Part shown: one piece after another, positions 20,956 through 45,211 of the stretch
Layout of the letters: each line of letters opens with the position of its first letter
Position numbering within the stretch: position 1 is the first letter of the stretch
Source: Zygnema circumcarinatum SAG 698-1b
Lineage: Eukaryota; Plantae; Zygnematophyceae
Length of the DNA stretch: 64,000 nucleotides
Direction: 5' to 3'
NCBI GenBank assembly: GCA_037447605.1
Contig: CM074810.1
Location: 1,460,880 to 1,524,879, forward strand
Notes under the pieces: generated by a model
Seen by the model: only the letters and a program-made list of their open reading frames with translations
The model's database searches: none
Told to the model about the DNA's origin: nothing
Made by a program: the position numbers and the translations under genes

Positions 20956-21258
20956 CTCCGAGCTTCCTCCCGCCATTGCCCCTTCTCCTCCTCCCTCCTC
21001 CCTCCCCCTCTCCCTCTACCTCTTCCTCTCTCTCTCCCTCTCCCCCCCCTTCAGCTGAGAGGCCGCACAGGAGTGAGGGCGTGCCTGCAGGGGAACGCGT
21101 GGGGAGAGAGGCGAGGCGAGAGAGAGAGAGGGGGGGCGGCAGAGAGAGGCTCAGCGGGAGAGGGAGAGGGGAGAGGGAGGCCTCGAGAGAAGGGAAGAGA
21201 GCGGGAGTCTCTTGGTCCTCCCGGCGCGTCTCCTTCCGGCGGTGTAGCTCGGGCAGCC

Positions 21259-27485
<6,227 letters not shown>

Positions 27486-28417
27486 TTTCCCCCTCTCACA
27501 TTCGAATATGTACAAAAACGGTAAAATAAAAAGGACGACTATTTTTTAGAGGGCTGCCTGCCGGGTAGCGGGGAGAATAATCACTTGGATTTTCCCAAGG
27601 CATGTTCTGGGTACCTTTTTCATGAGAATTGTAAGTAAATGAGAAATTTTGAAAGGCCCATGCCCGTATCAGAAGGAAGGGTGAAGGTTGCAACGTTTCG
27701 TATGGATCCACTATGTTCTGCAGATGTGTTTGATTCAGTGGGAGGGGGCGATAGACGACTAACAACGAACCTAGAAAAGCAAGGACGAAATGAGGTCTAA
27801 ATCCTGGAAGCGCAGAGCCTGTAGAGATTTCACGTTTCGTCCATGGGACACCAACGTTTGCAACAAGGCGGGATAAAGAAGTAAAGAAATGGCTTATATG
27901 TAAAGTTTGAAGTTGCCGTATTGCTGAGCAAAAGTCCGGTGTAAGAAGGGATTAGAAAATTAACAGGTACTTAGAGCCTAAGGAAGGCCATTCAAACCTC
28001 CACGGATAAAGCAACATCGCAAAAGCCTAATTCGGCACGACTTGGTAGACCCAAACGATACATCGAAATGTCTCACTGCTCTCTACATCTTTCGCCTCTT
28101 CCCATCCCGGATACAACACACGTGTATTCAAAATTCCTTATTTTCCAAACCCCAAATAAGAAAAACTTAAGTTAAAATGCTCTCCTCCCTCCCATTGTCT
28201 CTCCTTTCCCCTTCCCCCCACCTCCCCCTATCTCTTTCTTCCTCTCTCCCCCCCTCTTCCGCCCTCCCGCCCTCACTTTTTTCTCCCCTCTCCCCCTCTC
28301 CGTCCCACTCTCCCACTCCCTCACTCTCTCTACGCCCCTCCACACCTCTCCCTCACTCTCTCCCCATACCCCGTCCCCTCTCTCTCTCTCTCTCTCTCTC
28401 TCTCGCCCCACCTCCGT

Positions 28418-35307
<6,890 letters not shown>

Positions 35308-36592
35308 GGCCGGACCTCCGCGGCTTCTTCCGCCACTGCCCCGGAAGGGGAGTGGTGGGGGGGGCCCTCAAGGAGGGATATATCGTGAAAATACGATACG
35401 TTACGGACTGTACGATACTATACCGCATGCCACGATACGATATTGATATCGAATTTCGGAGTGCCCGGAAGATTCGGTTAGATTGTGGGAATCAAGCATA
35501 ATCCAATGGGGATGCGCCACGTTGATATTTGCTGACGTGATGAGCTATGAGCAGGGTTCGTCAAATAGGGGAGATCCCCTAAACATCGTAAATAACTTAT
35601 TTATGTAAGATTTTGAGATTAGTTTACGTGATTTCAACTTAAATACCACACAAGCCCCAAAAAAGCATTTTTTTGGTTAAAAACAAAAAGGAAATGAATT
35701 GCATTTGCAACCACGATAGCAATGATGTATATGAACTTTACTTGTTGGTATAACAACACGGCTTTAGAAATTGGTGCAACCTCTTCGACTCTTATAGATT
35801 GGTAAATTTTACCAATCAATTAGAACAACTGTGCATTTGGCAATCACAACATATAGTTGCTTATTCAAAAACCCAATTGCTCGAAAACTTTGTAGATCCA
35901 ATCCTAAGCTCTCTATTTCCTTTTCCATCCATCATTAATTACTCCAAGTATCACTTTAGAATCCATCATAGTCTTGAAATTTCCTCACAAAAACTCTATT
36001 CCAAATCATAACCTCTGAAATTCTAGGTGTAGTCACAAAAGGAAACTGAAATAGGAACTAAAATTAGAAATGAAATGAAAAATGGTCCCACTCCCTTAGG
36101 AGTTTTAGGCTGAACAAGACAGCTATAGAAATGATGTAAACTACTCAAAGAGACCCTCAAAGAGCCGTCAAACTATCAAAGTGAAGAATTCCTTCCAATG
36201 AAAAGTCTGTCAACCTCTTTCGAAACTCGTCTTTCTCCCAAACAATTCCTGTCTTCCTGTACTGTATTCCTGTCTCGTCCGTACAGTCCATATTTACGTG
36301 TTTTTACAAAACCAATTTAGGGGACAGTCCCCTATCTTAAGCCGAAATCCCCTATTTGAAGAACCCTGGCTATGAGTGGTGCCTTTAATGGCAGACGGGG
36401 ACAAAATAGTACCGCATATTGATTGTACGTTTTGTCGTACTGAGATTGTCCGTACAGTCTGCCCCTGCTTGTGCTCGACACTCGACCTCGGGGTCGGTCG
36501 GAGTTCAAAACGCGTTGGGCCCCTAGCCTGGTAGGGTTGGCTGTTTCCTAGGACTGACTTTCCCTATAGAAGGTGAGGCAGTCTTAAACCAA

Positions 36593-37545
36593 GGGTAGTG
36601 ATATTTCCACCCCTTTTTTGGATCCAAACACCCCTTCCCGGCCGGGCAGAGTTCAAAAGGGATTAAAAACAGAAAATGCTTTTTTCACACCTTTTTGGAA
36701 TCGATACCCAGCTTCTTCCGTCGGCTGATTTATTTTATTTTATTTTTGCTAACCAAGGAAAATGATACCCCGTCACCGCATTTTGAATACTGTATCCCGC
36801 CTCCCTGTATTTTGTTTTGCGGGAAAGAAATATCTGCCTGCCCGAATCCGCTCGGAGCGGCAGATCCGTCCGCCACGAGATCGTTCGCGGGTGTCCGTCC
36901 TTCACACGTGTGTGTAAATCGCAGCGGTCGATTCCCTCGCAGATCGCACCACTGCAGATCACCGTTCGATCTGCAGCGGGGCTCGATCTTAGCGAATGGA
37001 AAGCGCCCACGAGTCCCGCCAAAGCCGGATCGCACGAGCGAGTGCGCGCGTCCCTCGGCCTGAGATCTCGTCATTGTTAGCTCCCAGCCAATCAACATCT
37101 GCCACGTGTTAAATTTTTGACGTGGAAAATTTTGATTGGTTTAAGATCTCAATGTACGAAATTTTGGGTTCCTCAAGTTCGACCGTACGAAATTTGTACG
37201 GACAAACTTTTAAGAGGACTTTGGCGGGATACGTTGGCACGTGCCATGCGCTGTGACCGAGCCCGGCTGCAGATCAAATAGTGATCTGCCGTGTTGCGAT
37301 CTGCGGGGGAATCGACGGCTGCGATTGACCGCACGCGTGAAAAAAAAATCAGGTAGGCGGGATATTCAAATGGGGTGACGGGTTATCATTTTCCTTGTTT
37401 CGCAGAAATAAAATCTGCCGATGGAGGGTGGTATCGATTCCAAAAAGGTGTGAAGAAAGCATTTTCCGTTTTTAATCCTTTTTTAAATCTGCCCGGCCGG
37501 GAAGGGGTGTTTGGATCCAAAAAAGGGGTGGAAATATCACTACCC
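36593..37545. mobile_element. Non-autonomous DNA transposon, 953 bp, about 200-bp imperfect TIRs, 8-bp TSD (Mutator/MULE-like)
   Basis: GGGTAGTGATATTTCCACCCCTTTTTTGGATCCAAACACCCCTTCCCGGCCGGGCAGA... from 36593 is mirrored up to 37545. TAAACCAA flanks both ends (36585-36592 and 37546-37553). No transposase ORF. Confidence 0.88.
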
Positions 37546-37669
37546 TAAACCAAAACGAGTATTCTAGAAATATAGCGATCATCGGGCAATAAAGTTTCTT
37601 CTAAGCGCGTCATATCCGAGAGGCGAGTTCGCGTCCTCCGACGGCAATCACAATTTTGCAATTTCGAGG

Positions 37670-37815
37670 TACTGTAAATGCTTGCCAACCATTGGATACA
37701 TCATTGGTCGCGACCAAATGATTAGCAACCATTCCAATGGTTGGGCACCACTGGATGGCCAACCATTGGCCATCTAATGGTTGGCCAATGGTTGGCGATC
37801 CAATGGTCCGACCTG
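37670..37815. repeat. CCAATGGTTGG palindromic-motif cluster (dispersed family, copy 2)
   Basis: Repeated CCAATGGTTGG/CCAACCATTGG, related to 9850-10095. Confidence 0.6.
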
Positions 37816-38295
37816 TGCTCGACATCCCCGTGTTCTGTATCGTGATATTTCCTCAGTAGTATCGAGAAGTGTTCTCGGTACGATACGATATGAGATGGCC
37901 ATGAAAGAAGCGACCATGTACTAATGTGCACATGAGGAGGCTGCGACATTCAGAAATTGTTGAACTCATCACACATGGATGGATAGCATGCACTCGTTTT
38001 ATTCTCCCGTGAGCCATGCACTCCGCCCCACTGCGAATTATTTCAACCTCCCCGACCCCAATCGATCAGCCTATGCATAATCTACCTTATTGACATTCAG
38101 CTTCGCTGACTTGCATTGCTCAGCTTCGTGCTTTAAGGACTCGAACATAGAAACCCTACTTCATAATCCTGCCTCACAAGATTCTTAAACCTACTGTAAA
38201 TCCTTTACAAAACCCTAACTCGCCTAACTCTTCCCGAACGCGAATATTTACAAGCTGATGTCTGGCAGCATGCAGCCCAAACACGTGCGAACACC

Positions 38296-38543
38296 CTCCA
38301 CATACTGAAAGCCAACCCTAAAAACCCTAAAAGTACCAGCTCATTTTCGAGGCTCCCGGAGTACTGCTCCCCCCAGGAACTGTTACTGCCCGCGGGAACC
38401 TCCCTGCCTCATGGCTCCTCTCCACATACTGAAAGCCAACCCTAAAACCCTAAAAGTACCAGCTCATTTTCGAAGTTCCCGGAGTACTGCTCCCCCCAGG
38501 AACTGTAGCAGCCCGCGGGAACCTCCCTGCCTCATGGCTCCTC
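38296..38543. repeat. 124-bp direct tandem duplication spanning the HPP stop codon
   Basis: CTCCACATACTGAAAGCCAACCCTAAAA...CTCATGGCTCCT starts at 38296 and again at 38420, with a few substitutions. Confidence 0.92.
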
Positions 38544-39046
38544 TCCTCTTCCATTATTTCATCGAAGTAGGAAATATGGCTCGGGTCCATGGAGAGATGG
38601 CCCGCCGCATGGCTCTCGCCGAACAGTGTGAAGTTGCCGTCACCCAAATCTTCAACAATGACGGTCGCTTTTATCTTCGGCTTCCACCAATATAGAGGGT
38701 ACCTGCATGAATAAGCGACGGAGGAATCTTAAAACTTCATCGAGGAAGTATCAGAATCATATGTAAAGGTTGAAAGTGTCCGGTTTAAAACTGACGTAGA
38801 CCTTTGTATGGTTTGAAAGGGGTGAGGGGGAGGAGAGGCTCACTGTCGTGCTATGTTGTTGATAATGAGAGCGAGAGAGAGCAGGAGGAAGATGCCTGCA
38901 AGCGCAGGGAAGAGAATGAAGAATCCATGGCGGCGGGCGGCCGGCTGTGACAGACATGCTGCCAAGGCTGCCGCTCCGGCCGGGGGATGCACCGACCGGG
39001 TCAATTGCATGGCTGCATGCACCCATCACCCTTGTCAGCATCATTT

Positions 39047-39107
<61 letters not shown>

Positions 39108-39123
39108 GCATCATCAGCATCAG

Positions 39124-39212
<89 letters not shown>

Positions 39213-40793
39213 CTGCTACTTACTACATAATCTCAACGTCAACATAAGGATACCATCCAGCGCCCTCACTTCTCACCTCCAACTTGAGGCTTCTCACCCT
39301 AAACCCTAACCTTGCCTATCCTCAGTCCTCAAGGGGTTCAGGGTTCAAGAGTTGTGCCCTCATCGCCGTACGTACCCGTGAGCGACAGCGAGACGGATAG
39401 CGCCACCTCGAGCCAGAGGAGCGCCTTGCTCTGCCCCACGCCGTACCCGAGCGTGGAGAACCCCTCCGCGACGGCGAGCCCTATGAGCAGCGAGGAGACG
39501 GTCCCGAGGACCAGGCTGCGCGGCTGCGAGAGGGGCGAGTCCACGGCTCCGTACACGAGGATGGCGACACAGCCGAAGACCCCCATCATGATGAGGAGGG
39601 GCGTGGCTTCGCCGCCGGCAGTCGGCGCAGACGTGAGCTGGAGATTGTAGCAGAGGAGGGTCACGAGAGACATGCCTGCAATGTGCGAAGGAAGGGCAAC
39701 GGTAGGAGAGGGAGGGGGACAGGGAGAGAGGAGAGAGATAGAGGGAGTGCGAGAGTGAGTGAGCGAGCGCGGGGGGAGGGAGAGAGGGAGAGAGGGGGGG
39801 AGATGGTGCATTTGGAGTGGGGAGAGGGGTGATGGAGACACGGAGAGAAGAAACAGAGAGGGGCAGAAATTGGCTGGGAGAGGTAAGAAGAATAAGAGGA
39901 AGGGAGAGGGGAGACGAGAGACTGAATGGATAAGGATGAGAGAGAGAAGAGAGCGAGAAAGTGAGAGAGAGGAAAGGGGTAGAAGAGAGAGAAGGCACAT
40001 AGTGCGACCGAGAAAGACCAGAAGAGTGACAAAGACAGAGGGCGTAGACGAGAGGGATGCAGAGAGGCTGCAGCCCCTCCCTCGGCAGCTCACCGATGAA
40101 GCAGGCAATGAACGACCAGATGCCAATCTCTAACGAAGGAAGAGGGAGGAACAGCCCCTCTCCAACCCCTCCGAATTTATCAAGATACTCCCTCAATGCC
40201 GGCCGCTTCTCCCCCTGCCCCTCCCCCTGGCCCAGTGCAGAAGGGGTAGCAGCACCCCCCTGCCGCTGAGCCCACTTCCCATTCGCCGACTTGCTGTAGT
40301 CGACGCTCAGTGACCTCAGCATCGCCCTCCGTGGGTCAATGCGCAAATCTCTCCCAGGGGTCGCCTCCCGCCCTGCCCCCTTCTCCACATCATTACCAGG
40401 ACTTGAAGGATTTGACGGCCTCCATTTTTCCCCTTCGTTCTCATTTTGGGGTCCATCCCCTCCACCTCCACCATCTCCCCCTCCTCCTCCCCCTCCTCCC
40501 CCNNNNNNNNNNCCTCCCCCTCCTCCACCTCCTCCTCCTCCTCCTCCTCCTCCTCCTCCTCCTCCTTCAACATTCAGAGCAGAGCGTCTGAAAATCAAAT
40601 TCTCCAACAAGCCCCCTCTCCGCGTAGGAGAGGGTCTGCCCTTGCTTCCATTGGGGCTGTCAGGAGCGACCGCCATGGCTGAAGGTCTCCTCTCTCCGCC
40701 CCCCATCGTAGAAGTGGAAGGGGATGGGAGGGAGGGCGAAGGACGCTCTTCTTGGGGTTCTCGGAATGCAGGGTTCTCAGGGTTCAGGGCCAT
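38450..40793 (-). CDS. HPP-family integral membrane protein (NITR2-like nitrite transporter family) with long N- and C-terminal extensions
   Basis: Exons about 40793-40094 (N-gap inside; start uncertain), 39675-39376, 39012-38844, 38702-38450. Motifs: WSFIACFIG, FGCVAILVYGAVDSPLSQPRSLVLG, AMQLTRSVHPPAGAAAL, IINNIARQYPLYW. Confidence 0.88.
39047..39212. repeat. (CAT)n microsatellite in HPP intron 2
   Basis: About 55 units with a few CAG interruptions. Confidence 0.97.
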
Positions 40794-42318
40794 TTCTGCA
40801 AGAAACGAGTGAAGGTCTTTCAATCTTTCTTCACCTGCCTCTCCCCTTCCTCTCTCCCTATCTCACCGAGGTTCTCGTTTTCCCTCTCCCTCCCTCACCT
40901 GCCCTCTCCACTTTCTCTCTCCCAATGTCTTCCCCTGCATCTCCTGTTTTCCTCCCTCTCTCCCTCCCTTCCCCTGCCTGCCCTCTCTCTCTCTCTCCCT
41001 CTCTCCCCTCCTGCCTCTCGTCCTCTCTCCCTCCCACTCCCGCTGCCTCTCTCCCCCTGTCCCTCGCTGCCGCCCGCTCGCTGAGTGCCGTACGTCTGTG
41101 TCTGCCAACTTCCGTACGGGGATCCACGTCCGTACCGCCAGCGAGACCCCCTACGTGCGGCCCTCGCATCCATTTCGTACGGACAGCCACGACCGTACGG
41201 CGTCGAGTGCACGACCGGCTGCAGGAAAAGGAGAGATTTGGACATGGAGTTGTTTCGACGTGGTACACGTGGTGACAAAAAACGCGTGGCAGCTTGTGGT
41301 CGCGCGGTGCTGCTGGCGTTTGTCGTATTGGAAAATGTCGACTCACATGGTTTTATAAAAAACTCAAATTCAGAAAACGTACATTGTTCGTATAAATCAA
41401 ACCATTCTTGGAATTTAAGAGTATTTATTTTTAAATGAATCTTGAATTGAGATGAGTAGAATTAATACAATGCTATTGAGTCCGGTGGGTCTGCCGACTG
41501 ACCGCACGAGCGAGGACAAAGTTTCCATGGACCAAGTCGTACGAACCCAATCTGCGGCCGTCTAGAGATTGACTCATATTTTGTCGGACGTGGGGACGTG
41601 ACGCGCTGATATGACGAGACATACTGTACGAATTTCACGGAGAACCAATAAGGTTTCGCTGACTGACGTCAGACACGTCAGTCGGTTTGCAACCGAAAAC
41701 CGAGGGCAGGCTGCGTTTGAACACGTCATCGAAGCAATCGTCCGTTTGGCGTTTTCGTCGTTTTCGGAACCACGGACAGGCGGACTTTTGTTACGGTTTC
41801 GTACAGTGAAAAATACGGGAGGGAGTGCAAACTGGAAACTAGAATCTGGAAATGAAAATTGCTTAATCGAAAGCGATTCCCTTAGCAGAAATATTCCATT
41901 TTCATAAATGTACTTCTTCTGATTTACAACTTACCAATACTTACCAATACCAGTAACACTGACGGTTGAATTCCAACGGCTAATCCACATGATGTCGTGC
42001 ACAACTGTTCTCAGTTACGACGCAAGAAATTGGGCTAGTTCAACCACGCCACGATATATGTACCCATAAATATCCCGATACACACAATACGATACGTGTA
42101 CGGAGGCACACGATCCGTACGGTCTCAAACCCCTCCGGGGGAGGTCATGATGCCTCGTGACGGCTGTCACGTTAGCTTGCAGGCTCCCCGCCATGGCGGC
42201 CTCTCTTGCCATGGCATGCGCCGCCCATGCATGCCATGCCATGCCGAGTCATGGCCATGCCCCCATGGCAAGGCATGGCCCCCATCCCTCGACCACATCA
42301 CATGCATGCATTGGCATC

Positions 42319-45211
42319 ATGGCTCGGAGAACGAGCAGGACTCCACTTAGGGTTTCAGAAGCTTTTAGAGTTTCAGAAGCTTTTAGGGTTTCTAGGGTTT
42401 GCAGAATTTCTGGGGTTTCAGCTATGAGTAGTTTACGGTCGGAGGAGGGAATCTACGAAGAAGAAGAAACGAAAAAAAATGAAGGATTCAGAGGCGAAGG
42501 AGGGTTTTCATTGGGGAGAAGTGTTGGAGTAATAGCGGTTGCTTTAGGGTTTTGGGTTCAGGCGGCCATAGGGCCGGTGGAGAGCGGCTACATAATGACC
42601 GTTCCGTTTAGCGTTCCGTTGACTGAGGCAGCAGGGCTGGTCAGCATGCCCCCCACAAGGCTCAACAACAGGTATGGAAATTGCTTCGTCCAGATGTCGA
42701 TCAATCGATCGATAGATACGTGATTGTTTGTTATTTTATCGAATAGTCGAATGAAAAATTTATGACTAATTCAATGTGACTAGTTTCGAAACTATAGCTG
42801 AGGTTCGAACATTCCAATTGCTCCAAAAATTTTGGCCCATTTCCTGCATTTCCTTCATTTCTATCTCCTCCCTTTTCTTCTCGCCTTCGCATTCTCCTCC
42901 TTCTCTCCCTCCCTTCCCCCACATTTTCCCCACTTCTTTTTCCTCCACTCCCTCTTCCCCCCCTCCCCTCCCTCCTTGTTTCCTCCCCACTATCTACCTC
43001 CTCCTTCCTCGTCCCCCTCTTCCTCCACCGCTCCCTCTCCTTCTCCCTCCCCTCTCATCCTCTACTCCCCACCCTCCCCCACTTCCACAACCCTTCTCCC
43101 TCCTCTCCCGCCCACCTCCCCACCACCCTCCCCTCCCCTTCCCTCCCTCCCTCCATCCCACTCCTCTCCCCTTCCTCCGTCCCTCCTTCCCTCCCTCCCC
43201 CCAACCACTCCCTCCCTCCCTCGCTCACACTCTCTCCCTATCTCTCTCTCTCCCCTCCCTCCCCCTCAACGTTCCTCCTCCCTTTCTCCTCCCCACTCTC
43301 CCCCCCTCCCCCCCCCCCCCCTACTATTACTACTAGCTACTGGCTTGTGCGTGCCGGCGAGTCGGAGTGGGAGAGTTTGGGCGTGATCAAAACGAACCCT
43401 GTTGCGAAGACCAACATCGACAGCGGTCTCTCTGAGAGCGGGAAGCGGCAGGCCGTGCAGGCGGCCCTCGCTCTCAGGAGGGAGGGGGTCTGCCGGGGGG
43501 GATGCTGGATCTGGCCGTCCATTACGCAGAGGGCGTATCAGACGGCTGAGATTGTCGCCTACTCTGCGGGGGTGCCGTACAGGTGGGAGGAACACAAAGA
43601 CAAAGAAGGAAAAGGAACGGAGAGGTGGGAAAAAGGAAAAAAGGTGGGAAGTTTTGAAAAGTGGCGGGCATCAAAAGTCGTGACCACCATGGCTTATCTG
43701 GACATCTATTTGTTCATAAGTTTATGTGTATGTACATTCATTTTGTTATATGTTCAATTGGGGAGGGGATGGTGTGACATTTTGCAGCCGCATTGTTCCG
43801 GAGTACAGCTTTTTGGATGCGAGGGGGCTCGGGGCCTATGAGGGGAAGAGTCTGACGGCTGTTCAGGAGGTAAGTCACCGCCATTCTCCTTTCCTTTCTA
43901 TTTGAATTTCTTTCTTTGGGCTTCCCACCGTCTACTCTTCCATCGTTTTCCATCCCTTTTCCACACTCTCTTCCCTCCCCACGTCCTGCCCTCTATCTCC
44001 GTGTCTCCCTTTCTCTCGTCTACTATCTCTATAGCCCTCGTTTTTCTTTTTCCTCCACCTCTTTCGCCGTCTCCATGTGGTTTCTTTCCTGTCTCCGTCT
44101 TTCCTTCTGTATCCCTGCCCTGCATAACACTCTTCCCCTTCCCATTCCCTTCGCCTTTCCCCATCCCCACTCACCCCACCCGCTCCCTCTCTCTCCCTTC
44201 CACCCCTTTCGCCCCTCCCCATCTCCCTCTCCCTCCTCCCGCTTCCCACCCCTCGTCTGCTCCCTCTCCATCCCTTCCAAACCTCCCCCATTTCCCCCCC
44301 CCCCCCCCTCACCCTCTCCCCACTCTCCCCCTCCCTCCCCCTCCCTCCCCCTCCCTCCCCTCCCTCCCCCTCCCTCCCCCCTCCCCCTCCCCCCTCCCTC
44401 CCTCCCCCTCCCTCCCCCTCCCTCCCCCTCCCTCCCCCTTCCTCCCCCTCCCTCCCCCTCCCTCCCCCTCCGTCACGCAGATCTACGAGATGGACGCGGA
44501 GTCGGCCTCCCTCCGCCCCCCGCCGTATACCGACGGTACCCCGAACGAGAGCGTCCGCGACGTCCTCGTGCGCGTGACGCAGCTCCTCTCCGTCCTCGAA
44601 ACGCAGTACAGCGGAGAGGCCGTGCTCATCGTCTCGCCGGACTCGGACAACCTCTCCGTCCTGCAGGCCGCACTCACAGGGCTCGACCTCCGCATGTGAG
44701 TCAGGGCCTCTCCCTCTGCCTCTCCCTCTGCCTCTGCCTCTCCCTCTGCCTCTCCCTCTGCCTCTCCCTCTGCCTCTCCCTCTGCCTCTCCCTCTCCCTC
44801 TCCCTCTCCCTCTCCCTCTCCCTCTCCCTCTCCCTCTCCCTCTCCCTCTCCCTCTCCCTCTCCCTCTCCCTCTCCCTCTCCCTCTCCCTCTCCCTCTCCC
44901 TCTCCCTCTCCCTCTCCTCTTTTCGCCCCTCACTCTCTCTCCTTCTGCCTCCCCCGCTTCCGTTTCCCCGTCTTCGTGCTGATGGGGTTGCCAAGTGGAT
45001 GAACAGTTCTGCCCTACTTGTCGCATGCATTCATTTGATTCCATTTGTTGAGGGGGGGGGGAGGGGGGTGATGCATGCATGTGAGCCCCCTCCCTCCAGG
45101 CACGCCACGTTGGCCTTTGCTCCGGGAGAGGTTCGGGAGGTACGGCTTAGTACCGAACCTCCCCCGCCGCCACTCTCGGGCTATGTGTCTCTCAAAGGCT
45201 TTCAGTTCTGA
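42319..45211 (+). CDS. Phosphoglycerate-mutase-like (histidine phosphatase fold) plastid protein lacking the catalytic His
   Basis: Exons 42319 (start uncertain)-42671, 43337-43582, 43788-43869, 44481-44695, 45100-45211. Motifs: [10 protein letters not shown] (RAG instead of RHG), [60 protein letters not shown]. These match a conserved plant family I recall as At5g62840-like. Confidence 0.9.

Noticed and set aside
38853-39309. Poly-His, poly-Ser, poly-Ile and poly-Met ORFs
   Set aside because: Frames of an intronic (CAT)n microsatellite.
40724-41438. Overlapping ORFs upstream of HPP
   Set aside because: Low-complexity CT/GA plus CGTACG-rich promoter sequence with no homology signal. A non-coding or short first HPP exon cannot be excluded.
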